NCBI GenBank assembly: GCA_041389085.1
Contig: JAWKSL010000002.1
Coordinates: forward strand, 14,556-78,555
From: Minisyncoccota bacterium
Lineage (GTDB): Bacteria; Patescibacteriota; Minisyncoccia; UBA6257; 1-14-0-10-44-23
Direction of reading: 5' to 3'
Length of the DNA: 64,000 nucleotides
The position numbers were made by a program, and so were the translations under genes. This document shows positions 29,699-39,933 of this stretch, one piece after another. A model generated the notes under the pieces. The model was not told where the DNA came from. It saw nothing but the letters and a program-made list of their open reading frames with translations, and ran no database searches. How positions within the stretch are numbered: the first letter of the stretch is position 1; each line of letters opens with the position of its first letter.

Positions 29699-31812
29699 AT
29701 GTTTAAAAAACTCTTCTTTTTCGTTTTTGTGGCTCTATTGTTTAGCTTCTCTTTCAGCGCTCATGCAGCCGACCGCTACTGGGTTGGTGGTACTGCAAGT
29801 TGGGATGGCACCGCCGGCACAAAGTGGGCTGCAACCTCAGGTGGGGGTGGTGGGCAGGCTATACCTACTACTAGTGATACTTGCTATTTTGATGCGAGTT
29901 CGAGTGGGGTCGTTACTGTTGCTGCTGGAAACACGGGTTGCGGCGACATAGATTTTACAGGATTTACCGGTACGCTTGCTGGCTCAGCGAGTTTAACTAT
30001 CGCTGGAAGTCTTACTCTTGATGACACTATGACCAATAGTTACACCGGTGCTTTAACTTTTTCTTCTACTGGAAGTGAAACAATAACCTCTGATGGTGTT
30101 GCCTTGGATAGTAACGTTACGTTTAACGGAGTGAGCGGAGTTTTTGCTCTTGCAGATGCATTTGAAACTGGTAGTACGCGCACAGTGACGCTCACAAATG
30201 GTACTTTCGATGCTAACGATCAAAACTTTACTGCTGGCTTTTTTAACTCCTCAAACTCAAATACGCGCACTGTTACAATGGGCGATGGTGTTTGGAGTTT
30301 GAGTGCAGTTGATGGAAATCTTTTAAACCTTAGCACTGATACAAACCTTACATTTACTGCTGGGGCAAACCCGATTCTTTTTACTGGAGACTCAGCTTCA
30401 GGACAAAACCGCTATTGGCTTGTGACTTTAGAGGAAGACTCTCCAGCACTAAGCGTTATGGATGGTGCTGGCAATATTCGCATTAATGGTGGTTCGACGG
30501 TGGGCGACCTGTATTTCGATCCTGAGTTTGCAGGTGCTTTTGCTTTTACTTCTTCGGCTGGTGCGCACATTTATGGTGACCTTACCCTTTCTCCAAACAT
30601 GTCAATGTTTTGGGGAACGAACTGTGTATGTGTATTTGGTAGTGGTGCTACTACTACCATTACTACCAATGGGGTAGATATGCACTCATACTTCCAAATT
30701 GGTCAGCCGGGGGAAAGTGATCGAGTGTTTGTGCTCCAAGACGATATTTATAGCTCAGGCTGGCTGTATATGGGCTTTGTGGCAGGAACATTTGATGCGA
30801 ATGGAAACGATATAACTATTGATGAAACACAGTGGGGTCCTGACTATTCAGGAGCCTTTCAATCAAATGCTGGACTTATTTCTCTTGGTGCGCTTGAAAA
30901 TGATAGCCGTACTATACTAATGGGTGAGGGGACATGGAATGTTCCAGCTTTTCTTACCACGACTGGATTTGTTGAGGTGAATCCAGAAACGTCAACGCTG
31001 ATACTGAACGGCACTACTCCACTTATCGAGGGTCAAACACCTTCTATAACTTCACCGTAGAAGCTTTGGCCTCAACTACTCCGTATGCTAATGAAGGATA
31101 TGGAAATCGCGATACTCTTACCACGCTTACCTTTGGCTCGAACTCTCAACAAACTATTCAAGGCACTTTAACGCTTAAGGGGTGGATGCAAATGAGCGTC
31201 TTGAGCTTCGTTCTGATGCCAGTGGAACACAGTGGCAAATTAATCCTCAAGGGCGTAGGGTTATTGACTACGTAGATTTTAAGGATTCGTACAACGTAAA
31301 TTACGAAGGAGATTCTCTACGATGACGATAGCTTGGATTCAGGGAATAATCGAGGTTGGAGATATGATCAAGTTACTGAAGCGGGTCCTTCTGGGAGTGC
31401 GGGAGGTGGTGGATTAAGCTCATCATCAAAATCACGCCAAAGCAGCAACTCTAGTCCATCGAATATAATTCAACAAATTCAGGATAGAATAGCGGAATTG
31501 CGGCGACAACTTCATGAGCTTCAGGGTGAGGGCGCTAGTGATTTTGCTCTATACCGTACGCTCTTGCGTGGTATGCAGGGTGAGGATGTGCGTTACTTGC
31601 AGACGCTTTTGAATAAGCTAGGTTTCCCAGTTGCAAGTAGCGGCCCTGGATCGACTGGAAATGAAACAAGCCTCTTTGGACAACTTACACACGACGCTGT
31701 GGTGAAGTTGCAGGCGGCTCATATTGCGGAAATTCTTACTCCGGCTGGACTTTCTGCTCCAACTGGAATTGTTGGTCCTGCCACACGAGCTTGGTTACAA
31801 AACAATCAGTAG
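29699..31812 (+). CDS. secreted beta-helix surface protein with a C-terminal peptidoglycan-binding domain, split by apparent frameshifts (about 31050-31330)
   Basis: signal peptide; ADRYWVGGTASWDG; Thr/Gly/Asn-rich repeats; LRGMQGEDVRYLQ...TGIVGPATR. Confidence 0.7.
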
Positions 31813-32022
31813 CTCTTTATCCGCATAGGTGAACCTGCTACTATTCAGGGGTTATTTGCCTTTGTAGCTTCCTCCTACTCCTCCAACTGGCGGATTCGGA
31901 GGACTATGCAATGGACCCCCGCGTGGCTTTGCCATGCTGCAGTAGAGCCTTCTTGTCTTACGCAAAGGCTCACTGCGGGGCACAGTAGAACAATCCGTCC
32001 TACCGCGCCCGACTTGCCTGAC

Positions 32023-32097
32023 GCCCTCATAGTTCAATGGATAGAACAACTCCGTCCTAAGGAGGAAATCTGGGTTCGATTCCTGGTGAGGGCACCA
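32023..32097 (+). tRNA. tRNA-Arg(CCT)
   Basis: acceptor gccctca/tgagggc; loop gtcctaa; encoded CCA. Confidence 0.92.
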
Positions 32098-32098
32098 T

Positions 32099-32259
32099 AT
32101 CCTCGTATTTACACCTTTACTCTAGAATTAACACAGGATATTTTCCTTATTTTCTTTGTCGCTCACTTTTAACGGTTACCTAGCCTATTAAAAGCTTGCT
32201 TCTTGAAAATAAAGAAAATACCCTCGTTAAACTCTAAATAAAAGTGTAAACACGGGGAT
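32099..32259. repeat. 160-bp imperfect long inverted repeat (MITE-like) abutting the tRNA-Arg 3' end
   Basis: atcctcgtatttacacc...gtgtaaacacggggat, arms about 55 bp. Confidence 0.75.
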
Positions 32260-32434
32260 TTTTAATTAAGAGCAGCAGCTACTACTCAGAGATAGGGAAA
32301 GTGCTCTTACACAGGCACGATTTGTGTTTTATGCGTAAATTTGCCTATAATTAGCTTAGATTTGATTTGGTCGAATCTCTTTAGCTGCTCCCCAGGCGTT
32401 AAAGATTACAAATTAAACGTTTAAACATATCGAT

Positions 32435-32608
32435 ATGGCAAAAGAGCCACTAGAATTTTACGACGTTAAGAGTAAGTCAAAGTTTACTACCGCTGAATAC
32501 CGCATCGAGGTAAAGGGGGGACGAAACTTTGCAGTGACCAAGAGCCAAGCAGGTCCACACGAATGCTGGCGCGTAGTATCAAAGGATTTCGCGGAAGCGA
32601 ACAAGTAG
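32435..32608 (+). CDS. 57-aa CC1-like small DNA-binding/chromatin protein (not in the ORF track)
   Basis: LEFYDVKSKSKFTTAEY...FAVTKS...WRVV; own terminator at 32630-32657. Confidence 0.7.
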   Translation: MAKEPLEFYDVKSKSKFTTAEYRIEVKGGRNFAVTKSQAGPHECWRVVSKDFAEANK

Positions 32609-32686
32609 AAGTCACTTTCACTAGTGAAAAAACAAAAGCCCCTCAGGGGTTTTTGTTTTACCCTTGAATTGACTATATTTATCTAC

Positions 32687-32775
32687 GGAGAGGTGGCTGA
32701 GTGGTTGAAGGCGGCGCTCTCGAAAAGCGTTGTGCGGCTTATACCGTACCGAGGGTTCAAATCCCTCCCTCTCCG
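32687..32775 (+). tRNA. tRNA-Ser(CGA)
   Basis: acceptor ggagagg/cctctcc; loop ctcgaaa; long variable arm. Confidence 0.95.
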
Positions 32776-32867
32776 CTTGCTATGGCGAACTACGGCGGGC
32801 AAGGCTTCTAAGTTTAGGGGTTCGTAGTGTGTTAATCTTTTTATATACAATTAATCTCTAAATACTT

Positions 32868-33215
32868 ATGTCTCGTACCGAACCAACAAAGGTGCCTGCA
32901 AAAGGTTTTTACCGCCACTATAAGCATGACCCAAACGGATCTTTTGGAAATTTTACCTATGAGCTTGTAGCTCTTGGCTACCACACTGAGGAGGATGGTG
33001 TGCATTTCATTGTCTACCGTCCTCTTTATAAGGAGGCTCAGGTTTATCAAGCCTCTCAGCGATTTGGTCTTCTTTGCGCTGACGTGCGTCCGCTTTCAAT
33101 GTGGATGGAAACTGTTGAGAAAGATGGAAAGGTTATGCCACGCTTCGAACTCATTACCGATGAGGTAGAGATAGCTAAGCTTGAGGGTTTGCGCGACCAA
33201 ATGTATTCGTCTTAG
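32868..33215 (+). CDS. DUF1653-like protein
   Basis: GFYRHYK...HTEE...VYRPLY...VRPLSMW...PRF. Confidence 0.85.
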   Translation: MSRTEPTKVPAKGFYRHYKHDPNGSFGNFTYELVALGYHTEEDGVHFIVYRPLYKEAQVYQASQRFGLLCADVRPLSMWMETVEKDGKVMPRFELITDEVEIAKLEGLRDQMYSS

Positions 33216-33253
33216 CTACTGCCCCGGAAGGATTTCCGGGGCTTCACATTTCT

Positions 33254-33594
33254 ATGTCTAAAAAATTTCTTCTGGAATTGCACACAAAGTTCCCGCTGAT
33301 TTTAAAAGGGCTCTTGCTTTCGACAAGCGCGCTTTAAAAGCATGGGAAGATATTACTCCTTTAGCGCGCAACGAGTGGATATGCTGGGCGATTTCCGTGA
33401 AAAGTATCGAAAAGCGCAAAGAACATATCGGTAGGGTTGTTTCAGAGCTTAAAGAGGGAAAGCGCCGCCCGTGCTGCTGGTATGGATGTGTGCATAGGAA
33501 GGACAAAGAGCTTAGTCCTTCACAGCGATTTATCTTAAAGAAAGTCTTAGCTAAAAGACTTGTGGTTATCAGTAATTTTTGCGGTATAATTTAA
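33254..33594 (+). CDS. YdeI/OmpD-associated family protein; 1-nt frameshift in an A-run near the start
   Basis: HKVPADFKRAL...WEDITPLARNEWICW...GKRRPCCW. Confidence 0.75.
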
Positions 33595-33600
33595 GTATCT

Positions 33601-36600
33601 GTGAAACGATTAACGTACTCAATTTTAGCGATAGCGCTTGTTAGCGTTTTTGCTGTTTCTTATACGGCTTCGGGGCAGTCGCTTCTTCCATCAGGTAGTG
33701 GGTTTGTAGACCCCCGCACTACAGGGGGCATTCAAACTCCAAGTGCTGGAAGTTTTGATAGTGGAGGTACTGGAGGCGTACTAGACCCTGTTATTGGTCC
33801 GATTCAGAGCATAGTTCCGACAGCTCCAACGACTGGTGGAATTTCTCCAACCCCGGTAAGTCCAACGCCAAGCAGCCCAACAAGTCCAACTCGCACTACA
33901 ACTCCAGTAGACACTGTTTACATACCGATCGACATAAATCCAACCCCGGTAAGTCCAACGCCAAGCAGCCCAACAAGTCCAACAACGCCGACTGGTGGAA
34001 CTTTTGTGCCGACAGTGCCAACTACTCCTACCGCACCAATAGCACCGACGACTCCGGTGGATGAGACTCCTACCACTGGCGGAACTTTTGTAGACCCTGT
34101 TGATGTAACCCCTGAGCCTGAAACTAGAGACGAAGTTTTTGTAGACCCGGTAGATATTGATGAAACTTTCAATGGCGGAGTTGTTGATCTTGGTGGCGAC
34201 GGAGAACAGAGCGCTAAAGAAAGAGATGAAAATATTGTTCGTATTTGCACAGAGAAAGATTCGAGTGCTGATTGTCGTGAATGCTGTGACGCAATTTATA
34301 CGCCAATAATTCGCGCGTGTTCAAGTTATTCAAATGATACTGAGCGCAACAGCTGTGTTCGGAACAATCAAAATTCTCAAGCAAGCTGCAATGCTTCCTG
34401 CAATGCACTTTCGGCTAGTTTTGGAGGAGGGAGCTCTCCAGTAAGTAGCGGAGGCTCATCTGGAGGTGGCTCAAGCTCTGCTGGTAGAGTTTATATCCCT
34501 AAAGATACTCCGATAAAAGTTACCGAAGAGATAACTACCGTACCGGAAACTTCCCAGAAAGTTCGTACTGTTCGAACATACATCGATACAAACACGCAGG
34601 TTAGTCTTACGCCGCAGAAGGATTTCATCGAGGTTGCTGTTCGAAAAGACATTCCTGTAGTTTCAAGCGTAGATTTTGTTTCGTTTGAAAACGTGCCTAC
34701 CGCTGGCTCACTCCTTGCGGCTATTACTCGAAGCGAGGTGGGTGTAGATGCAAACGGAGACGTTCTACTTATGAGCGACGCTGATAGTGTGGCTGAAGTT
34801 CTTGAGCGGCGAGCGACTGTTGGTGATTTTTTTGCTGGACTTGGTAGCGCTGTGACAAATGCATTTGATTCAATTTTTGATGCTATTGGCTCACTCTTTG
34901 TATCTGCCGATGATGACATTGAAACAGTGGCGCTCGTGGAAGATAGTTCAAGCACTTTTGAGTCTGGATGTGAGTTAAAAAACCAATGTACTGGAAGCTG
35001 TACCGTTGCTTCTGGTCAAGCGGGGATTTGTGTAAGTAGCGCACGCGAGGTCTCTGGATGGGGAAGTGGAATCGATTCTTCTGGGAAAATTATTCCAGCA
35101 AAGCCTGGTGAGAGCGCCGCATTTTTGACTGGCACTGAGTCTGTTTGTTCGTGCGAAGAAGCAGAGGATTTGCCACTTCCTTTACCAAAGGAAGACGGGC
35201 CAATGTGTGCCGGGGAGCTTGCTGATAGCGGCTCGATACCAAGTATCGAGCCTGGGTTTAGCTACACTATTCCAGAAGAAGGATTTGATTTTTCTGCCGA
35301 TGCAGGTGGGACTACTTGTGAAGAAAAGCTCGTATGTGTTGGCGAGGCAAAGCAATGCGACACTATAACTCAGAATGGCCGAGAAGTTGAAGTTTGCTGG
35401 ACTGAGTGTGTAAACGAGAAAGTGCAAAATGTCTGTGAAACGACAGGGCGGCAGAGTGGAGATAGTTTTGAGTCAGACATAATAGCTAAGCTTGAGCTTA
35501 CTGCTCAGCTTGCTTGTGAGGCACAGGCTGGTGCGCAGGTTGCTGAAAGTAACGAAGTAAAAAGCCTTGCTGTTTGTGGGGCACAAGGATTCACTTGTGA
35601 TCCAGATGCAGAAAATTGTGATTGCAGTGTTACTGTCGATATAGAATTTACCTGTACTGTAGATACAGAAAGTGTAAAGGCACTTGCTGCTACGTATAAG
35701 ACACAGGAGAGCAACTCAGAGCAAAGCGGCACCGTCGACTCTGCAAGTAGTGGTGGTTCGGCAAAACAGGGAAGTACAAAGTCTGCTTCAAATGTTCATG
35801 TTTCTGGAGGAGGAACTATTGAGGTTGATCTTTCTGCTACATGGGATCGCTTACAGGTATGTAGCCTAGAGTCTGGCTCTACCGTTAATGTAAAAAGTGC
35901 AGGAGGAGCTTCTACTGATGATGGAGGGGGAGACGATGGTGGCGGTGATAGTGATGGTGGTGGTGGAGGCGGTGGTCAAGCTGGCGATTCTGAAGACTCT
36001 CTTCTTGATGAGATTGCAAAGCTGCTTGGTGGTATTTTTGGAGGCGGTTCAAATAGTGCAGAAACTCCTGCCCAAAAAGAAACGACTACAGAGGAAGATA
36101 CGACTCAAAAAGATGACGATACACAAGATAGTGAGCCAGGATTTTTGGAGCGTCTCGCTGGCAATTTGGGAGAATTTCTTGACGGACTTTTTGGTGGTAA
36201 CGAGGAAGACTTGCGCGATGGCCTTACTGGAAATGAGGATGATATAGCATTTGAAGATGGAAACTCCGTAGCACCAACTCCTACTTTTGAAGACGAAGAT
36301 GAAGACGTTGCTATTGAAGATGGCGGCGAAGATGATACGAGCTTACCAGAGAATGACTCTGACAATACTGACAACGTAGACGTAGAAGACCTTAGTGGCC
36401 CTACTGAAAACCCAACTGCTGTTGTGCCTGGAAACTCTGTAGCTCCAACTCCTGAAGAAGAAGAAGAAGAAGACGTAGTAGTAGAAGAACCTACTGATAC
36501 TGACGAGGGCGATGAGGCTGGCGACAACGTTCCTGAGCGCGACAGTGGCCACCCAGGTATTGATGATGTAGTACGTGATTTGTTTGACGACGGCACCGAT

Positions 36601-37974
36601 ACTGTTGAAGTTCCAGTAGAAGATGCTGAGCCTATAGAGGAAGATGAGCCAATAGCTGAGAATATCGAGAAAGAGCACCCGCCAATTTGGGATCTTGGTC
36701 GTTATGACACCCCTCCTCCGGTAATCGGTGATCAAAAGGAGGAAAAGCCTCCTGTTTACGGACAATGTACGCCGCCAATGCTTGGTAATTCGCTAAAGAG
36801 TGGGTATAGCTACAATACACTTGAGGCTAGCGACGTAGTTAGCCCTGCAGCATTGAAAGAGAAGGTGGGAATTCTACTCTCTGCTATGACAGCTCAAGGC
36901 GATGCAACCCAAAAGGCTGCTTTATTGAATGAAGTGGCAAGTATTGCAAGTTGTCAGCCGATTCAATGTTCTGCAAATAGCTGGTGTGGTGTTGAAGTAG
37001 TGCTCGATGGAAGCAAGAAAGGAGCTCCACACCCTGATTTCCCTGAAATTCAATGTGTTTGTGGTGCTGGCGGCCCATCTGTCGGAACTAACACCGTAGA
37101 GACTCTAAAGACTGAAGAGAAAAAGGAGGACGTAAAAGAGGAAGAGCAAACTGGCCCTGTATCATGTGTGGCAAAAGAAGCGCCACAGTGTGGTGGTGCA
37201 TGTACTGCTGAAGAAGGAGGTGGTACTTGTGGTGCTGCGCAGTTTGGTCCATTTAGTAGCTGTGATGCTGTAGATCCAAAAGATCAATTTCCAGGGGAAG
37301 CGGCAAGTGGAATGACTAAGGAGCAGTGGGATGCGGAAGTAGATAGGCTTAGCGGAGCGAACGATCTTTTGGGAGGCGGATTGGCAGGTGGCTCTCATGA
37401 GGAGGGTGGAGAGTGCCACAGCTTTACCATTCAAGCCAAGGCATGTAGCTGCTCTGGCGTTCCGAAGAAAGAAGAAACCCCAGCCCCGACAGGTGAAGTA
37501 CCTGCGAACTCTGTAGTTCCTCCAGTTCCTACTCCGAATGAAACCAAGGATAGGCAACCAGAAGTTTCTCCTGAGAAGAGGCAATGCAAAGTTCGATATG
37601 CTGTTTTGAAGTATGGTGACTGTACTCGCTGTCACACATTCGCAAATGCTGTGCAGGGAGAGCTTTCGAATCTCGGTGCTTCATCCGAGGGGCGCATTAG
37701 TTACAACCTTAGCCTTGGTAAGGGGGCGGTTGGTTACGCTGAAGCAGTTTCAGTGGCAAACCCACGCCAGATTCCAGTAGTTGTTCTTCTGGCAGACACT
37801 GACTGCGATGGCGTTTATGATCGGTACCAAGTTTTTGCCGATGGGCCTGCGAGTGGATCTTCTCCATCGAGCCTTACTTCTCGCGTGAGTGCTGCTATTC
37901 GAACTTCAGGCAGAGGTACTGGATGGTATGGAGATGCTGGGCGATTATCAAAGTTTAACTCTGTAGCACGATAA
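33601..37974 (+). CDS. 1457-aa secreted Pro/Thr-rich, acidic, Cys-rich surface protein
   Basis: signal peptide; PT repeats (45-bp exact repeat near 33846 and 33940); Cys clusters; C-terminal CTRC...QIPVVV. Confidence 0.85.
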   Translation: MKRLTYSILAIALVSVFAVSYTASGQSLLPSGSGFVDPRTTGGIQTPSAGSFDSGGTGGVLDPVIGPIQSIVPTAPTTGGISPTPVSPTPSSPTSPTRTTTPVDTVYIPIDINPTPVSPTPSSPTSPTTPTGGTFVPTVPTTPTAPIAPTTPVDETPTTGGTFVDPVDVTPEPETRDEVFVDPVDIDETFNGGVVDLGGDGEQSAKERDENIVRICTEKDSSADCRECCDAIYTPIIRACSSYSNDTERNSCVRNNQNSQASCNASCNALSASFGGGSSPVSSGGSSGGGSSSAGRVYIPKDTPIKVTEEITTVPETSQKVRTVRTYIDTNTQVSLTPQKDFIEVAVRKDIPVVSSVDFVSFENVPTAGSLLAAITRSEVGVDANGDVLLMSDADSVAEVLERRATVGDFFAGLGSAVTNAFDSIFDAIGSLFVSADDDIETVALVEDSSSTFESGCELKNQCTGSCTVASGQAGICVSSAREVSGWGSGIDSSGKIIPAKPGESAAFLTGTESVCSCEEAEDLPLPLPKEDGPMCAGELADSGSIPSIEPGFSYTIPEEGFDFSADAGGTTCEEKLVCVGEAKQCDTITQNGREVEVCWTECVNEKVQNVCETTGRQSGDSFESDIIAKLELTAQLACEAQAGAQVAESNEVKSLAVCGAQGFTCDPDAENCDCSVTVDIEFTCTVDTESVKALAATYKTQESNSEQSGTVDSASSGGSAKQGSTKSASNVHVSGGGTIEVDLSATWDRLQVCSLESGSTVNVKSAGGASTDDGGGDDGGGDSDGGGGGGGQAGDSEDSLLDEIAKLLGGIFGGGSNSAETPAQKETTTEEDTTQKDDDTQDSEPGFLERLAGNLGEFLDGLFGGNEEDLRDGLTGNEDDIAFEDGNSVAPTPTFEDEDEDVAIEDGGEDDTSLPENDSDNTDNVDVEDLSGPTENPTAVVPGNSVAPTPEEEEEEDVVVEEPTDTDEGDEAGDNVPERDSGHPGIDDVVRDLFDDGTDTVEVPVEDAEPIEEDEPIAENIEKEHPPIWDLGRYDTPPPVIGDQKEEKPPVYGQCTPPMLGNSLKSGYSYNTLEASDVVSPAALKEKVGILLSAMTAQGDATQKAALLNEVASIASCQPIQCSANSWCGVEVVLDGSKKGAPHPDFPEIQCVCGAGGPSVGTNTVETLKTEEKKEDVKEEEQTGPVSCVAKEAPQCGGACTAEEGGGTCGAAQFGPFSSCDAVDPKDQFPGEAASGMTKEQWDAEVDRLSGANDLLGGGLAGGSHEEGGECHSFTIQAKACSCSGVPKKEETPAPTGEVPANSVVPPVPTPNETKDRQPEVSPEKRQCKVRYAVLKYGDCTRCHTFANAVQGELSNLGASSEGRISYNLSLGKGAVGYAEAVSVANPRQIPVVVLLADTDCDGVYDRYQVFADGPASGSSPSSLTSRVSAAIRTSGRGTGWYGDAGRLSKFNSVAR

Positions 37975-37978
37975 GAAT

Positions 37979-38239
37979 ATGAAAAAAGCTATAATCATTT
38001 CTTTGATAGCAATAGTTCTTGGAGCAGCGGGCTATTTTGGATTTACCTATCTACAAAATGCTGCACCAGCTGCAGATGATCTGGAGGTCAGTGCTGTAAG
38101 TGAGGAGTTCGAGGCAGCCCTTCGTGAATGTGTGGGTGGCCGCATATCTGATGAGAGGCTCGTCGAGATTCGTAACATTAGTATCGATGAGCTCACTGAT
38201 GCTGAGTATGAGATAGTGTTTGTGGAGTGCGCTCAATAA
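37979..38239 (+). CDS. small membrane-anchored hypothetical protein
   Basis: N-terminal TM/signal; 4 nt after the upstream stop. Confidence 0.7.
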   Translation: MKKAIIISLIAIVLGAAGYFGFTYLQNAAPAADDLEVSAVSEEFEAALRECVGGRISDERLVEIRNISIDELTDAEYEIVFVECAQ

Positions 38240-38260
38240 TTTCTAAATTGTAAAAAGGCT

Positions 38261-38302
38261 TCAAAAAGGCATATTGACAAATATGCCTTTTTGATATATA
38301 CT
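38261..38302 (+). promoter_or_regulatory. sigma70 promoter with its -35 box at the centre of a 15-bp inverted repeat
   Basis: TTGACA 38274-38279, 17 bp, TATACT 38297-38302; arms tcaaaaaggcatatt/aatatgcctttttga. Confidence 0.75.
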
Positions 38303-38327
38303 TATAGATAGTGAAAGGAGGCCCATC

Positions 38328-38723
38328 ATGAAGACGATGCTGTTTCTCCTGCTCTGCGTGTTGTCTCTCATGGTGGGAGGCCCCGCAGCTGGACAGGAAG
38401 TGCTTCTTCAGAGCACCAAGACTCTTGACCACCGGGCCGTGGTGCGAGTCTACAACCCCAGTCAGTCTCACGCTGCGAAGGTGAGCTGGGAGGGGGAGCT
38501 TCAGGGAGTTGTCGCTCCTCAGAGCTCGCGAACGATTACGATCATTCGCGAGCACCTCGACAGTTTGGCAATGCTTCGCCTGGAAGCGCGCTACTACGAG
38601 GAAGGTTGCGACATTCCGTGCGACATGTGCGAGACGAGCTTCACCTTGTTCCTCATGGACAAGGAAGTGAGCGAAGCTCTCACCTGGCGCCTCGATGCTC
38701 CCTATGCGCGGTTGGGTCAATGA
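38328..38723 (+). CDS. secreted hypothetical protein (orphan with strong SD)
   Basis: GAAAGGAGG; signal peptide; CDIPCDMC; terminator near 38741-38768. Confidence 0.75.
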   Translation: MKTMLFLLLCVLSLMVGGPAAGQEVLLQSTKTLDHRAVVRVYNPSQSHAAKVSWEGELQGVVAPQSSRTITIIREHLDSLAMLRLEARYYEEGCDIPCDMCETSFTLFLMDKEVSEALTWRLDAPYARLGQ

Positions 38724-38806
38724 CTCAGCCGCCAATCGCGAACCCGCCTTTTTACCGAGGCGGGTTTGTCGTTTATAAAAGTTTGGAAAAGTTTTTAGAA
38801 AATTTT

Positions 38807-39105
38807 AAAGGCCCCCGTGCAGATTGGAGCCTGCGGTCGAGGGCCTTGTGCGGCGCGATCTCAGTGATGAGTGTTTCGCATTCGCGAAGGTGTCTCGCTA
38901 TTTTCGCCGAGACTTAGGAGCGAGTGTTCGCGAGGTTTGAACCGAGAGGAGAGTTGGTTCGTTTCGCTACTTGCTCGTCACTTTTTTCGCGCGGTGTGTG
39001 AAGCTTAGGACGTGCGGGGATCGCTCAGGAATCGAGGATATCGAAGCTGGGGGTTAGCCCTTTCGACTCTGTACGATGACTGCGTCTTTCAACTCACACT
39101 TCAAG
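38807..39105. ncRNA. candidate structured RNA, strand unresolved
   Basis: nested helices gtgtga/tcacac, agtgatgagt/gctcgtcact, gtctcg/cgagac, gaaccga/ttggttc; no convincing ORF. Confidence 0.45.
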
Positions 39106-39179
39106 GATCTGAATATAGTTTAGCAGAAATTTTACTTGCTTTCATCTGGCGGCACGCTAGAATTGTGAATATCTTTTTA

Positions 39180-39250
39180 GGGCTTATAGTGAAGCGGTAT
39201 CACGCATCCATGGCATGGATGAGTTCGGGGTTCGACTCCCCGTAAGTCCA
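39180..39250 (+). tRNA. tRNA-Ala(GGC)
   Basis: acceptor gggctta/taagtcc with G3:U70; loop atggcat. Confidence 0.92.
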
Positions 39251-39258
39251 CCCTAGCG

Positions 39259-39284
39259 ACCCCTGCCTGCCGGCAGGCAGGGGT
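39259..39284. repeat. CCTGCCTGCCGGCAGGCAGG palindrome
   Basis: perfect 26-bp palindrome; a variant cctacctaccggcagg lies at 19884-19899. Confidence 0.85.
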
Positions 39285-39432
39285 TCATAAGTCCGGTACG
39301 GTCCACACAAATAGGTTTTCGGGAGTTAGTGCTTACTACGCAAAAGCCAGATTGCTGTTTGTAGATAAATCAAAGATTTATACAAACAGGGAAGACTCTC
39401 CCTAGGTCCACCAATTGCGTTAGAATAACGAT

Positions 39433-39933
39433 ATGAAGAAGGTTTGCGTGAACGATAAATGGCAGAGTGATTATTGCTATACACCTACTGAGCCGGTAGG
39501 GAAGAATTTTGATCCAGATTTTAAGCCGCAGCTTACTCCAGCTGAAATGCTTGAGCTTGGAGTTTTTGACGGCGTGTATTTTAACGATAAGCCAGGAGAG
39601 TTTCCAAAGAGTTGGTTTACGAAAGCAAAGCTTTCTTTAGATAGAGACCCGAGGATAAACTTTTTTAAAGTAAATGCATCGAAGCCACTTTCGTACTGGC
39701 GAGAGAAAGGATGGATTTATAAAGATGATCCGCGCGGTTGGTTTCAGTGGTACGCGCGCTACTACATGGGACGAAGAATTCCAAAAGAAGATGCTCGGCA
39801 AATTCGCAGATGGAAAGCTTTTACTCGACACATTTCTCAACTAACTAAACACTGCAGACCGGGAGATTTTTCTTGTAGAAAAAAGCAGCGACAAGCGCTG
39901 CTTCATTGGGCTTACGATAGTAGGAAATTTTAG
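39433..39933 (+). CDS. conserved hypothetical protein
   Basis: TPAEMLELGVF, DPRGWFQWYARYYMGRR, RQALLHWAYD. Confidence 0.8.
   Translation: MKKVCVNDKWQSDYCYTPTEPVGKNFDPDFKPQLTPAEMLELGVFDGVYFNDKPGEFPKSWFTKAKLSLDRDPRINFFKVNASKPLSYWREKGWIYKDDPRGWFQWYARYYMGRRIPKEDARQIRRWKAFTRHISQLTKHCRPGDFSCRKKQRQALLHWAYDSRKF

Noticed and set aside
31906-32172. 88-aa ORF
   Set aside because: Runs through tRNA-Arg, and the SD-to-ATG spacing is only 3 nt.
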